Shown here: piece after piece, positions 16,598-27,806 of the stretch | How the letters are laid out: each line of letters starts with the position of its first letter | Numbering within the stretch: the first letter of the stretch is position 1 | Origin: Pyrinomonadaceae bacterium | GTDB taxonomy: Bacteria > Acidobacteriota > Blastocatellia > Pyrinomonadales > Pyrinomonadaceae | NCBI GenBank assembly: GCA_046313635.1 | Contig: JBKBYA010000001.1 | Location: 320,001 to 384,000, forward strand | Reading direction: 5' to 3' | Length of the DNA stretch: 64,000 nt | Program-made: the position numbers and the translations under genes | Notes under the pieces: model-generated | Told to the model about the DNA's origin: nothing | The model's database searches: none | What the model saw: only the letters and a program-made list of their open reading frames with translations

Positions 16598-17896
16598 TCA
16601 GGCGGATTCGAGAGGCCCTATTGTTTCAAGGCCATTCATGAATGGCCGCAGCACCTCAGGAATACGTACGGAGCCGTCGGCTTGTTGGTAATTTTCCAGG
16701 ATCGCGATCCAGGTGCGCCCCACCGCGAGGCCGGAGCCGTTGAGCGTGTGGACAAATTCCGGCTTGCCGCCGGCGGTGCGGCGAAAGCGCGTGCTCATCC
16801 GGCGTGCCTGAAAGTCGCCGCAGTTCGAGCAGCTCGAGATCTCGCGATACGTCTGCTGGCTCGGCAGCCAAACCTCGATGTCGTAAGTCTTTTGTGCGCC
16901 AAATCCCATATCGCCGGTCGAGAGAACGACCGTGCGGTACGGCAGATCGAGGAGCTGGAGGATGCGTTCGGCGTCGGCGGTGAGCTTTTCGTGCTCATCG
17001 GCCGATGTTTCGGGCGTCGTGAGTTTTACGAGCTCGACCTTTTCGAACTGATGCTGCCGGATCAGCCCGCGCGTGTCGCGGCCGTACGAGCCCGCCTCGC
17101 TGCGAAAGCACGGCGTGTAGGCGGTGAAGTACTTTGGCAGGTCGCGCTCGTCGAGGATCTCGCCCGCAAAGTAATTCGTCACCGGCACCTCGGCCGTCGG
17201 GATGAGCGCAAACTGCCGCTCGTCGGTCAGGTGAAACAGATCTGCTTCGAATTTCGGCAGCTGGCCCGTCCCAAACAGAGCCGTGCGGTTGACCAAAAAC
17301 GGCGGCAGGGTTTCGGTGTAGCCGTGCTCGCGCGTGTGTATATCGAGCATAAAGTTGACGAGCGCCCGCTCGAGCCGCGCGCCTGCGCCATTGAGGATCG
17401 CAAAGCGCGAACCGGCGATCTTCGCGGCCCGCTCGAGGTCGAGGATGCCGAGCGACTCGCCGAGGTCGACGTGGTCGCGGGGCTCAAAGCCGAATTCGCG
17501 CGGCGTGCCCCAGCGGCGGACCTCTTTGTTGGCCGACTCGTCCGCGCCGACGGGCACGTCCGGAGCCGGAATGTTCGGGAGACTGGCGAGCAGGTCGCGC
17601 ATCGCGGCATCCGCGGCGTCGCGCTGCTTTTCGAGCTCGGACTGCCGGTCCTTGAGCCCGGCGACCTCGGCCTTTTTCGCCTCGGCCTCGTCTCGTTTGC
17701 CCGATTGCATCAGCGCGCCGATCTCTTTGCTGGCGGCGTTGCGCTGCTGGTTGATCTGGTCGGCCTCGCCGATCACGCGGCGGCGTTCGGCGTCGAGCTC
17801 GGCAAATCGGTCGAGCAGATCGGTCGGGAACCGGCGGGCGGTCAGAGCCGCGCGGACCGCTTCGAGATTGTCTCTTACAAAATTCAGGTCAAGCAT
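16598..17896 (-). CDS. serS: Serine--tRNA ligase
   Basis: [55 protein letters not shown]. Confidence 0.98.
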   Translation of the reverse strand: MLDLNFVRDNLEAVRAALTARRFPTDLLDRFAELDAERRRVIGEADQINQQRNAASKEIGALMQSGKRDEAEAKKAEVAGLKDRQSELEKQRDAADAAMRDLLASLPNIPAPDVPVGADESANKEVRRWGTPREFGFEPRDHVDLGESLGILDLERAAKIAGSRFAILNGAGARLERALVNFMLDIHTREHGYTETLPPFLVNRTALFGTGQLPKFEADLFHLTDERQFALIPTAEVPVTNYFAGEILDERDLPKYFTAYTPCFRSEAGSYGRDTRGLIRQHQFEKVELVKLTTPETSADEHEKLTADAERILQLLDLPYRTVVLSTGDMGFGAQKTYDIEVWLPSQQTYREISSCSNCGDFQARRMSTRFRRTAGGKPEFVHTLNGSGLAVGRTWIAILENYQQADGSVRIPEVLRPFMNGLETIGPLESA

Positions 17897-18057
17897 AAAA
17901 CTCTCGCCGCCAAAATGTGCTCACAATGTGGGCACCGGCGTCCACCGCGTCTCACCCGAGGCGGCGGCGGAAAATATACATTGTCTCGGCAAATCGCTTC
18001 ACTTAAAATTTATCCAACGCGAAAACCAAAGAAGTTGTTGAATTTAACAGAATAAGT

Positions 18058-18927
18058 ATGCCGAAAAAAGTTCGTAAAGCCATTTTCCCGGCCGCCGGAA
18101 TGGGCACCCGATTCCTGCCTGCGACCAAGGCGTCGCCCAAAGAGATGCTGCCGCTTGTCGACAAGCCGCTCATCCAGTACGCCGTCGAGGAGGCCGTCGC
18201 TTCGGGCATCGAGTCGGTGCTGATCATCACGAGCCGCGACAAATCGGCGATCGAGGACCATTTCGACGTCTCGTACGAGCTCGAGCAGATCCTCAAGCAA
18301 AAGGGCAAGGACGAACTCTGCCGGCAGGTCCGCGCGATCTCGGAGATGGCAAGGATCAGCTACACGCGGCAGAACGAGGCCCTCGGTCTCGGACACGCGA
18401 TCTATCAGGCTATCGACTTTGCCGCGGGCGAGCCGTTTGCCGCTCTGCTGCCGGACGACGTCGTCGACGCCGAGCGGCCGGCGATCAGGCAGATGATGGA
18501 CGTTTACGAGAAGTACGACGCGCCCGTGATCGCGACGATGCAGGTCGCAGGGAGCGCGATCTCGCGCTTTGGCGTGATCGACGCCGAGGAGGTCGAGCCC
18601 GGCGTTTACCGCATCCGCGACATGGTCGAAAAGCCCTCCCTCGACGAGGCTCCGTCCGATCTCGCGATCATCGGCCGATACATTTTTACGCCCGACATCT
18701 TCGGCGCGATCGAGCGGACCGAGCCCGGCACGGGCGGCGAGATACAGATCACCGACGCGATGCGGCTGCTGCTAAAAGAGCGGCCGATCTACGCGCTCAA
18801 GCTCGACGGCGTGCGTCACGACGCGGGCGACAAGCTCGGCTTTTTGATCGCGACGGTGGAATTTGCGCTCAAGCGCGACGATCTGAAAGAGGGCTTTCGC
18901 GATTATCTCCGGACGCTGCGGATCTGA
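18058..18927 (+). CDS. galU: UTP--glucose-1-phosphate uridylyltransferase
   Basis: PAAGMGTRFLPATKASPKEMLPLVDKP, VEKP, GGEIQITDA. Confidence 0.97.
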   Translation: MPKKVRKAIFPAAGMGTRFLPATKASPKEMLPLVDKPLIQYAVEEAVASGIESVLIITSRDKSAIEDHFDVSYELEQILKQKGKDELCRQVRAISEMARISYTRQNEALGLGHAIYQAIDFAAGEPFAALLPDDVVDAERPAIRQMMDVYEKYDAPVIATMQVAGSAISRFGVIDAEEVEPGVYRIRDMVEKPSLDEAPSDLAIIGRYIFTPDIFGAIERTEPGTGGEIQITDAMRLLLKERPIYALKLDGVRHDAGDKLGFLIATVEFALKRDDLKEGFRDYLRTLRI

Positions 18928-18959
18928 CGTATTCGCGTTTCAAAAACGGCCGCCGCGGG

Positions 18960-20183
18960 CTAGGTTGTCTCGCCGGCGGCCGCAGTCTTTTTGCCGCGCA
19001 GCATCAGCGTCGACTGGAGCACGATCAGAATGACGATGCCGGCGAGCAGGACGAACATTCCCGAGCGCAGGTCCGACATTCGATCGGACAAATAGCCGAT
19101 CAGCCAGTTGACCGTCGCCGCTCCGATCGTGCCGCAGATAAAGAAGGGCGTCGCCCGCCGCGCCATCGCCGCCGCCCCGAACGTGCGGCCAAAGCGTGAG
19201 AGGTTTGTCGGAAATATCGACGACGTCCCAAATCCCGCGATCGACGCACCGGCCGCGAGCACGCCGAGAGAGTCGGCCGACAGCGTCACGATCATTCCCA
19301 GCAGGATCACTCCGAGACTTGCGAGCAGCATAGCGTTTTCGCCGACGTACCTGAAAAACAGCGGCGCCACGCCGCGGCCGATCACAAAAAACAAAAAGAA
19401 AAGGAACGTCGGCGACAGCAGCGACGTCACGTTTTCGCCCTCGACCCGCGCGGTATAGGTCGTCAGCCAGCCGCCCATTCCGCTCTCAAAGCCGACGTGT
19501 AAAAAGTTGAAGAGCGCGAGCGCCCATGCGAGCGGCGTCGACCAGATCGGCGTCGAGTCGCCGAGTGCCTCCTGACCGCGAGCATCGTCGTGCGGCCGAG
19601 AGTCCGACTGCCGACCCGCGCGCGGCAGCATGATCAGCGCCGCCGCGATCAGGACCATCGCCGCGGCGAGAATGACGGTCGGCACGCCGATCGAGCCGCG
19701 GCCCGAGTAGTCGACAAACGGCTTGCAGACGATCGCCCCGGCACCCCAGCAAAAATTCAGTATGCTGAGCGCGGCGGCCGATCTCGTCGGGTTGAGCTCG
19801 AGCACGAGCATGTTGATCGCGGGCAGCGTCAACCCGATCCCGACGCCGTTCAGCGCAAATCCGACGAGGCAGACGGCGAATGAAGGCCAGTTCATCAGCA
19901 GCACGCCCGCGGCCATCAGCAGAGCGCCGGCGGCGGTCGCCTGATCGAACCGCCGTCTGCGGCCAAACCAATTCGTCAGCACCGTCCCTGTCAGCGTGCC
20001 CGCGAACTGCGCCGGAAAAAAGTAACCCGCCTCGAGGTCGTTGAGATCAAATTCGCGCGCGAGGATCGGCAGCACCTGCCCGATCAAAACGGTGCTGATG
20101 CCCGACAGAAAAAATACGATGTGAACGAGCACCTTGAGCGGTCTGTGATCGTCGGTCGCGGTTATTGTGACGGCGTCGGGCAT
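18960..20183 (-). CDS. MFS transporter (fucose/glucose permease-like)
   Basis: About 12 hydrophobic segments; HVGFESGMGGWL, GTSSIFPT; alternative TTG start at 20213. Confidence 0.85.
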   Translation of the reverse strand: MPDAVTITATDDHRPLKVLVHIVFFLSGISTVLIGQVLPILAREFDLNDLEAGYFFPAQFAGTLTGTVLTNWFGRRRRFDQATAAGALLMAAGVLLMNWPSFAVCLVGFALNGVGIGLTLPAINMLVLELNPTRSAAALSILNFCWGAGAIVCKPFVDYSGRGSIGVPTVILAAAMVLIAAALIMLPRAGRQSDSRPHDDARGQEALGDSTPIWSTPLAWALALFNFLHVGFESGMGGWLTTYTARVEGENVTSLLSPTFLFFLFFVIGRGVAPLFFRYVGENAMLLASLGVILLGMIVTLSADSLGVLAAGASIAGFGTSSIFPTNLSRFGRTFGAAAMARRATPFFICGTIGAATVNWLIGYLSDRMSDLRSGMFVLLAGIVILIVLQSTLMLRGKKTAAAGETT

Positions 20184-20235
20184 CGGTAGTTGAATATCTT
20201 TCGCTATCTCCAAGAGCGGCGCAAAGCGAGCGAAT

Positions 20236-21375
20236 TTACTGCGTCCGGAGCAATTCTAACGGCTTGGTCCTCGCGGCCAGACGCGCCGGCACCGAGGCCG
20301 CGAGCGCCGCGACGGCGAGCGCCGAGGCGACGACCAACACGACCGTGAGCGGATCGGAGCGGAGCGGAATGTAATCGATCGAATAAACGCCGCCGGGCAG
20401 CCGCAGCAGCTCAAATCGATTTGCCGCGGCGCACGCGATCGAGCCGATGAGCGTGCCGATAAAGGCGCCGGCCGCGCCGAGCACGAGGCCCGCAAAGACA
20501 AAGGTCGCCGCTATGCGGCGCGATGTCATCCCGCAGGTCCGCAGCACGGCAATGTCGCCGCGGCGCTCGCCGGCGACCATCGCGAGCGATGTCGTGATAT
20601 TCACCGCCGCGATCACGACCATCAAAAAGATCACCGCCGCGGCCGCGCGTCGCTCGGCGCTGAGTGCGGCGAACAAGGGCCGATTCGCCTCCTGCCAATC
20701 TATTACGCGAAATTCTCCGCCGATCCGCGCACGCAGCGCTTCGGCTATCTCGGCCGAGCGGAAAGGATCGGCGAGCCTCACCTCGAGCATCGTCGGCGTA
20801 AATTCTTTCTCGCCGCGCAGCCGCGCCAGATACGCGGGTGAGATCCTGATCGTCGCGGCGTCGTACTCGAGTATTCCTGTCTTGAAAGTTCCGGCGACCG
20901 TCGCGTCCAGGTCGAGCGTGCCGCCGCTCCAAAAGACGACGATCCTCGCGCGGTCGCCCGGCCCGAGCCCCGATCGCCGTGCGAGCTCGTGGCCGATCAC
21001 AACCGACGCGTCGTCCGCGAGCGAGTCGTCGGTCCGCAGGACGGCGTATTCGGTCGCCGAGGCGCCTAACACGACCGCCGATTCGTTGGCCGACGGCACG
21101 GCCTCGGTGACGCCCTCGACCGAGCGAACGGCATCGACCAGGCGGCCGCTGTCCGCGAGCGTTGAACCGTCGTCGCGCTGGATGGCGATATGCGGCGAAT
21201 TTGCGAGCAGGCGCGTCTGCAGCTCGCCGCTGAAGCCCGCGGCGACCGCGAGCGACGTGATCAGCGCCGCGACGCCGAGCGCGAGGCTGCCGATCGCGAG
21301 CGCGGTCGTCAGCCGTGCGAGGCTTTGCTGCCTCGCCCAGAGAAACGCCCTGGCCAGCTTGAGCTCTGTCAGCAT
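20236..21375 (-). CDS. Lipoprotein-releasing ABC permease, LolC/LolE family
   Basis: LGVAALITSLAV, DWQEANRPLFAAL, ERRGDIAVLRTCG, PARLAARTKP. Confidence 0.85.
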   Translation of the reverse strand: MLTELKLARAFLWARQQSLARLTTALAIGSLALGVAALITSLAVAAGFSGELQTRLLANSPHIAIQRDDGSTLADSGRLVDAVRSVEGVTEAVPSANESAVVLGASATEYAVLRTDDSLADDASVVIGHELARRSGLGPGDRARIVVFWSGGTLDLDATVAGTFKTGILEYDAATIRISPAYLARLRGEKEFTPTMLEVRLADPFRSAEIAEALRARIGGEFRVIDWQEANRPLFAALSAERRAAAAVIFLMVVIAAVNITTSLAMVAGERRGDIAVLRTCGMTSRRIAATFVFAGLVLGAAGAFIGTLIGSIACAAANRFELLRLPGGVYSIDYIPLRSDPLTVVLVVASALAVAALAASVPARLAARTKPLELLRTQ

Positions 21376-21514
21376 CGGCCCATTCTAAACGTTTGACCGC
21401 CCGGTGCGCTAACCGGCGAGGCGTTCGCAAATGACCGGGCCATTTCGTAAAATCAAATGCGTAAACGATAAAAGGAAACGGCGGCCCGCTCGACGCGCCG
21501 CCCCTGTCCGCCCG

Positions 21515-22642
21515 ATGCCTTTAGCCACTATCGAAGAAGCCGCCGCCGACATCGCGAGCGGCAAGCTCGTCATCATCGTCGACGACGAAGACCGCGAGAA
21601 CGAGGGCGATCTCGTGTGCGCCGCAGAGAAGGTCACGCCCGAGATCATCAACTTTATGGCGATACACGCCCGCGGGCTGATCTGTATGCCGCTCACCGAG
21701 GAGCGCTGCGACGAGCTTCAGCTCGGGCCCCAGACCTCCGACAACACGTCGTCGATGGGCACGGCGTTCACCATCTCGATCGAGGCGCGCGAGGGCGTGA
21801 CGACCGGCATCTCGGCGGCCGACCGGGCGAGGACCATACTGACCGCCGTCGATCCACGCACCAAGCCGTCAGACCTTGCGCGGCCGGGCCATATCTTTCC
21901 GCTCCGGGCAAAGAAGGGCGGCGTACTGGTGCGCGTCGGCCAGACCGAGGCAAGCGTCGATCTCGCACGCATCGCCGGCCTGCAGCCGGCGGCGGTGATC
22001 TGCGAGATCATGAACGACGACGGCACGATGGCTCGTATGCCCGAGCTCGAGGTCTTTGCCGCAAAGCACGGGCTGAAGATAATTTCGGTCGCCGACCTCG
22101 TTCGTTATAGAATTCAAAAAGAAACACTGGTCCGGCGCGTCGTCGAGACCGATCTGCCCACCGGCTACGGCACTTTCAGGGCGATCGTTTTCGAGAACGT
22201 CATCAACGGCGAGACGCATATCGCGCTGACGATGGGAAATGTCGCCGACACGGACGAGCCCGTCCTGGTCCGTGTTCAGACCGAGAATGTCACGTTCGCG
22301 ATGTTTGGCTGCACGCTCGGCGAGGCATTTCCGGCGATCCAAAACTCTCTCCAAAAGATCTCGAGCGAAGGCCGCGGCGTCATTCTCTACCTGCGACAGC
22401 GCGAGAACAATCTCGATCTGGTCAATCAGCTGAGGACGTACGCCGTGATGCAGGAGAAGAAGGTTGACTTTCAGACCGCGCGGCGCGAGACCGGGTACGG
22501 CAAGCAGCACGATCACGGCATCGGGGCACAGATCCTGCACGATCTCGGCGTCAAGAATATTCGGCTGCTGACGAATAATCCGCCTCGTGTGCACGGCATC
22601 GAGGCCTTTGGTCTGAATATCGCGGAGACGGTGCCGCTCTGA
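21515..22642 (+). CDS. ribB: DHBP synthase fused to a degenerate GTP cyclohydrolase II domain (RibBX-like)
   Basis: [29 protein letters not shown]; the C-terminal domain lacks HSECxTGD...CDC and QEGRG. Confidence 0.9.
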   Translation: MPLATIEEAAADIASGKLVIIVDDEDRENEGDLVCAAEKVTPEIINFMAIHARGLICMPLTEERCDELQLGPQTSDNTSSMGTAFTISIEAREGVTTGISAADRARTILTAVDPRTKPSDLARPGHIFPLRAKKGGVLVRVGQTEASVDLARIAGLQPAAVICEIMNDDGTMARMPELEVFAAKHGLKIISVADLVRYRIQKETLVRRVVETDLPTGYGTFRAIVFENVINGETHIALTMGNVADTDEPVLVRVQTENVTFAMFGCTLGEAFPAIQNSLQKISSEGRGVILYLRQRENNLDLVNQLRTYAVMQEKKVDFQTARRETGYGKQHDHGIGAQILHDLGVKNIRLLTNNPPRVHGIEAFGLNIAETVPL

Positions 22643-22664
22643 CACGCGCGGGCGGCCGGCGACT

Positions 22665-25600
22665 ATGCCAGAAGACAACGAACAAAGGGAAGACGTACCT
22701 CAGACAAGCGAGCCAGACGATAACTCTTCGGAGCCGGTATCGGGCGACGGGCCCGCGCGGCGCTACCTGACGCGCCGCAACGTGCTGATCGTCACGGCCG
22801 GGCTCGCGGTCCTGACCGTGGTGCTGGCACTGCTCTCTGTCGTCTCTTACCGTTACGGGGTCTTCGATTCTTACATCAAGACGCAGTTCGTCGCGAAGAT
22901 GGCCGATATGAACATCGCCTTTGACGCCGACGTCTTTCGCGTCATGATCGATCCGCTCGCACTCGAACTCAAGAACGCGACATTCAACAACCGCGTCACC
23001 GGCGAAAAGCTCTTCTTCATCCGTAACGCCCGCCTCGGCCTGACGGTCGATGACCTGTATGCCTGGCAGCTCAGCCGCGACATCTCGGTCGACTCGACCG
23101 AGATCGAAGGCGCCGAGGTGTGGATAAAGTTTGACGAGAACGGCCGCTCAAACTTTGACGAGCTCACGCTCGTGCAGGAAGAGGGCCGCCAGCGCGTCAA
23201 CTTCAAATACGACTCGGTCCGCTTCAGCCTGCGCGACGCGGTCGTTCACTTCGGCGACCAGTCGCGGCACATCGGCGCGGATGCGAACAATGTCGTATTC
23301 CTGCTCGAGCCGCAGGAGTCGACGGTCGAGGGCGACCCGGTCCGTTACCGTTTTGACCTGACGACGAGCGCGTCGCGGTTTGCTTATCGCGATTCTGTGC
23401 TTGAGGAGGTCGCGCTCCGCGCACTCGGCCTCGCCGACAAGACCGGAGCCGACGTCACCGAGCTTCGCATCACGACGCCGATCGGCGAGACCGCGATGAG
23501 CGGCCGCATCGACGACTGGGCCGACCCGCGTTACCGGCTGAATGTCGAGTCGACGGTCGATCTGACGCAGACGTCAAACATCTTCCCTCTCGGCACGACC
23601 TTGCGCGGAGTGGGTAATTTTAAGGGCGTCGTATCGGGCCACGGTGAGACGTATCGCATCGAGGGCACGGCCGATTCGCAGTCTCTGCAGGCCGACGGCG
23701 TCTATCTCAAAGCGGTCAACGTCGAGGGCACGGTGGCCGGGACCAATTCGAATTACGAAGCGAACGGCAAGGCGGTGGCCGAGCTGTTGACGTTTGAAGA
23801 TTTCCGTATCGAATTTCCGCAGCTTGTCGGCAACGTTCGCGGGACGGGGAGCGACTTCAAATGGGTAGGCGACCTGCAGGCCGTCGCTTTGCGCAGCGGA
23901 AAGATGACGATCGGAAGGTTGTTTCTCTCCGACGCCGTCGCCGAAAAGCGCGACGCCGAGATCTTCGGCACGGTCGGCGCGGGCCGCGCGGCCAAGTTCT
24001 CGATCGGCGATCTCGAGATCGCCGATCTCGCGGCGCGAAATCTGCGTTTCGCCGACCGCCCCGAGGCGACGACGATCAGCGCCGGCGCGGCGAGCTCTCG
24101 CGAGCTCGCGATCAAAAATCTAAAACTGCGCGGCGTCAATTCCGCATCGGTCGACGTCAAGGCCAACCGTGACAACGCGGATGTCGATCTCGGGCGCGTC
24201 CGCGCCGACGGCGGCCAGCTCGGTGATGCGCGGCTCCGCGGCGTGACGGCCGACTCTCTGAGCGTCAAGGACCGGCCGGGCACGACCGATCTCTCGGCGC
24301 GCGATCTGCGAGTCGATCGTGTCGATCTCGACGGCTCAACGATCGCCGGGCTCGAGGCGCCCGAATTCACTCTCGCCGACAACCCGGCCGAAACCGTGAT
24401 CTACTCTGACCGTGCACGCGTCGCCAGCGTTACGACCGACGGCGCGGTGCTCGGCAGTCTTAATATCGCCGGCATCCGCGTGACGGTGCGCGAGGGCGTC
24501 GTCCGCGGTACGTCCAACGACATCGACGCCGGCAACGTGACGCTGACAAAGACCGAGACGCTGCCCGGCGGCGGAAGTCTGCAGGCCGTGCGGATCGCAA
24601 AGCCCGTCTTTGTGCTCGAGCCGTCGGGCCGCTACCGCGCGAGCGCAGATATGAGCATCGGCGGCGGCGTGCTGGGCAGCGTCGATCTCGGCGCGGCGAG
24701 CGCGTCGGTCGACGTGAGCAGCGAGCGCGTCGAACTTAAGAACCTAACCGCGAGCGTGATGAACGGCAGCGTCCAGGGCGACGCCGTCATCGCCCGCAGT
24801 CCGCGTGCCGCATCGCGCATCGACGCGACATTCACAGGCCTCGACGCGGCCAAGCTGCTCGCGCTCCAGACGGGCCGCGTGCTGCCGCTCGAGGGCGAGG
24901 CCGCGGGCAGCGTGAGCGTGACATTCGCCGGGCAAAATTTCAGGACCGCGACGGGAACGCTCGTCGCCGACATCTCGGGTGCCGCCGGCGCAGCCGATAA
25001 TGCCGACCGCGTTCCCGTCACCGGACGCGTCGAGCTGACGGCGACGAACGGCCTCGTCAACGTCGATCAGGCGCGGCTCAACACGGCGAGCACGAACGCG
25101 ACGGCGACCGGGCGCTTTGACCTTGCGGGACAAGATTCAAATCTCGATCTCGCGCTCGACTCTTCGGACGCAAGCGAGGTCGAACGCATTATTCGCGTGC
25201 TCGGCCTCTCGCCCGATCTCGAGCGGCAGCTCGACTCGGTCGGAGCGCAGTTTGCCGGCGCGTTGAAATTCAACGGCCGTTTGACCGGCAACTTTGCCGA
25301 CCCGACGCTCGCCGGCCGCGCTTCGCTCGACACCGTGATCCTGAAAGGCCGCGACGTGGGCGCGGTGACGACCGACATTCTCGTCTCGCCGGCCGCCCTC
25401 GAGCTCACCGACGGCCTGCTGCGCGATCGCCGCGGCGGGACGATCGCCTTTAACGTGAACGTGCCGCGTTACGGTCAAAACAACGCGACCGTGCAGGCGA
25501 CGCTGACCGACGTCAACGCCGGCGATCTGCTGTCTGCGCTGCCCGTCGCGCTGCCGGCCCGGCTGCGCGACTTTACGGGACAAACCTCGGGCAAGGTCGA

Positions 25601-27806
25601 TCTCTCGGGGCTGCCGAATAACGCAAGCGGCGAGATCAACATCGCTTCAAAGCAGGGAACGATCGCCGGTCAGCCGTACGACGACCTGACGGCCCGCGCG
25701 ATCTTCAGCGGCACGCGTATCGATCTCGAGACGGCGCGGATACGCGTCGGGACCGGCACGCTCGACGCCAAGGGCTCGTACGATACGGCGTCGTCGGCAT
25801 TCGATCTCGATATGCGCGGCAGCAGCGTGCCGCTGCCGCTAATCGCGTCGCTGCTGCCTGAGAATGTCACGCTGCCGGCCGTAGCGGGCAGCGTCGATAT
25901 TACGGCGACGGCCCGCGGGTTTGCCGACCGGCCGGCGACGTTCGACATCAATTTTTCCGGAACGGGTCACGCCGTCGCGATCAACGACAGCCCGGTCGGC
26001 GAGGTGACCTTCAGCGGCAATACGGCGAACCAGGTGCTCAACGCGCAGCTCACCGCGACGCTCGAGGGCCGGCCGCAGCAGATCAACGCGACGCTCAACT
26101 TCGGCAGCGACGACCTGCCGTTCCGCGTCGAGCAGCGATTTGACAGCAGCCCGCTCGGCCCTTTCATCGCTTTCATTCCCGCGCTCAAGAATCTCGCCGT
26201 CACCGGGACGGCGACCGGCGTCGTCCGCTTTGGCGGCAACCTTTCGCGCGTCGATGCTCGCGGCAATCGCGCGATCTCGTACGACGACCTCGCGGGCACC
26301 GCCGAATTTTCGCAGCTCGCGCTGCAGATCGAGGGCTCGCCGCTCGTTGCGGCCGAGCCGGTGTCGATACGATTCAACACGCGCGAGATCGTCTTTGAAC
26401 GCGCACGCTTTGCCGGCGGCGGATCGAATATGACCATCGCCGGGACAAAGGCCCTCGCCGACGACGCCGTCGAGGACCTCACGATCGACGGCCGCGTGAA
26501 TTTGAATTTACTTAATCTCGTCACGCGCGACACCGACGCTTTCTTCTCCGGTTTTGCCGACGTCTCGGTCCGCTACAGCGGCCCGAAGCTCACGGCCCGC
26601 CTCTCGGGCACGGCCAACGTCGACAACGGCTCGGTCTCGACATTTGTCGGCACCGACCGCATCTCGTTCGAGCGGATCAAGACGCGGATCATCTTTTCGT
26701 CAAACCAGGCGCAGATCGACGAAGCGACCGGCTATCTCGGCGGCGGACGCTTTACCGCAAGCGGCGGCGCGCTGCTGAGCGGGCTGAGCCTGCAGGCGTT
26801 TCGCTTCTCGTTCGAGGGCTCGAACGTGACGGCACCGGTGCCGCAGGATTTTGTGACGACCGGCGACGCGAGGCTCGAGATCGCGGGCCGCCGCGCGAGT
26901 CGGGCCGAGCCGCTAGCCGTCTCGGTGACGGGCCGCATCAACGCCGAGCGCAGCCTCTACACGCGAGACATCGACCTCTCCAGCGTCGTCGGCGCGCGTC
27001 GCGAGCAGACGCTCTCGTCGGGCGGGTCGCTGGCGGGCGTTCGCTTTGACATCGCGATCGAGGGCCGCGACGCGCTCGTCGTCCGCAACAATATCGCCGA
27101 TCTCACGGCGTCGGTCTCGCTGCGCGTGACCGGCGAGGCCGAGAACCCGATCATTACGGGACGCATCACCGCGAATGGCGGCACGATCATTTTCAGGCGC
27201 GACCGCTATCAGGTGCAGCGCGGCGTGCTCGAGTTTCCGCCCGATACGACGATCGATCCGATAATCAGCCTCCAGGCCGAGTCCGAGATCGCGGGCTATC
27301 AGATCTTTGTCAATCTCGCCGGGCCGCTGTCAGACACGGCGCAGCTTAACGCGACCGTCCGCTCGAGCCCGGCGCTGCCGCAGGCCGACATCGTCTCGCT
27401 GATCACGACCGGCAGCCTGTCTAACACGTCGGCCGGCATCCCGACGCTCGCGCAGACGGGCATCAACACCGCCGCAGACATTCTGACCGACGCGATCATC
27501 AGCAACCCGGCGCGGCGCGCGACCGACAAGCTGTTTGGCCTGAACGTCTTTGAGCTCGACCCGATCATCTCGGGCGAGCGGCTCGACCCCGGCGCACGGC
27601 TCACCGTCGGCCGGCAGATCAACAACAACCTGCGCGTGACGTACTCGACCAATCTCTCGCAAGACCAGCAGCAGGTGCTCGCGCTCGAATATCGCGTCTC
27701 GAACAAACTCTCGTTCGTCGCGCAGTACGAGCAGCGTTCGCTGTCGAACGTGACACGCAACCGCGACAACTTCAGCTTTGAGATCAGGTTCAGGAGGCGT
27801 TTCTGA
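22665..27806 (+). CDS. tamB: Translocation/assembly module TamB (AsmA-like) protein
   Basis: 1713 aa; N-terminal TM; beta-taco repeats; C-terminal SSPALPQADIVSLITTG...LTVGRQI. Confidence 0.85.
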   Translation: MPEDNEQREDVPQTSEPDDNSSEPVSGDGPARRYLTRRNVLIVTAGLAVLTVVLALLSVVSYRYGVFDSYIKTQFVAKMADMNIAFDADVFRVMIDPLALELKNATFNNRVTGEKLFFIRNARLGLTVDDLYAWQLSRDISVDSTEIEGAEVWIKFDENGRSNFDELTLVQEEGRQRVNFKYDSVRFSLRDAVVHFGDQSRHIGADANNVVFLLEPQESTVEGDPVRYRFDLTTSASRFAYRDSVLEEVALRALGLADKTGADVTELRITTPIGETAMSGRIDDWADPRYRLNVESTVDLTQTSNIFPLGTTLRGVGNFKGVVSGHGETYRIEGTADSQSLQADGVYLKAVNVEGTVAGTNSNYEANGKAVAELLTFEDFRIEFPQLVGNVRGTGSDFKWVGDLQAVALRSGKMTIGRLFLSDAVAEKRDAEIFGTVGAGRAAKFSIGDLEIADLAARNLRFADRPEATTISAGAASSRELAIKNLKLRGVNSASVDVKANRDNADVDLGRVRADGGQLGDARLRGVTADSLSVKDRPGTTDLSARDLRVDRVDLDGSTIAGLEAPEFTLADNPAETVIYSDRARVASVTTDGAVLGSLNIAGIRVTVREGVVRGTSNDIDAGNVTLTKTETLPGGGSLQAVRIAKPVFVLEPSGRYRASADMSIGGGVLGSVDLGAASASVDVSSERVELKNLTASVMNGSVQGDAVIARSPRAASRIDATFTGLDAAKLLALQTGRVLPLEGEAAGSVSVTFAGQNFRTATGTLVADISGAAGAADNADRVPVTGRVELTATNGLVNVDQARLNTASTNATATGRFDLAGQDSNLDLALDSSDASEVERIIRVLGLSPDLERQLDSVGAQFAGALKFNGRLTGNFADPTLAGRASLDTVILKGRDVGAVTTDILVSPAALELTDGLLRDRRGGTIAFNVNVPRYGQNNATVQATLTDVNAGDLLSALPVALPARLRDFTGQTSGKVDLSGLPNNASGEINIASKQGTIAGQPYDDLTARAIFSGTRIDLETARIRVGTGTLDAKGSYDTASSAFDLDMRGSSVPLPLIASLLPENVTLPAVAGSVDITATARGFADRPATFDINFSGTGHAVAINDSPVGEVTFSGNTANQVLNAQLTATLEGRPQQINATLNFGSDDLPFRVEQRFDSSPLGPFIAFIPALKNLAVTGTATGVVRFGGNLSRVDARGNRAISYDDLAGTAEFSQLALQIEGSPLVAAEPVSIRFNTREIVFERARFAGGGSNMTIAGTKALADDAVEDLTIDGRVNLNLLNLVTRDTDAFFSGFADVSVRYSGPKLTARLSGTANVDNGSVSTFVGTDRISFERIKTRIIFSSNQAQIDEATGYLGGGRFTASGGALLSGLSLQAFRFSFEGSNVTAPVPQDFVTTGDARLEIAGRRASRAEPLAVSVTGRINAERSLYTRDIDLSSVVGARREQTLSSGGSLAGVRFDIAIEGRDALVVRNNIADLTASVSLRVTGEAENPIITGRITANGGTIIFRRDRYQVQRGVLEFPPDTTIDPIISLQAESEIAGYQIFVNLAGPLSDTAQLNATVRSSPALPQADIVSLITTGSLSNTSAGIPTLAQTGINTAADILTDAIISNPARRATDKLFGLNVFELDPIISGERLDPGARLTVGRQINNNLRVTYSTNLSQDQQQVLALEYRVSNKLSFVAQYEQRSLSNVTRNRDNFSFEIRFRRRF

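Noticed and set aside
16592..18055. Long antisense ORFs (this one and others such as 28556-31129, 32327-33658, 38141-39667, 56513-57721)
   Set aside because: They shadow well-supported genes on the opposite strand, as expected in high-GC DNA, and show no motifs.
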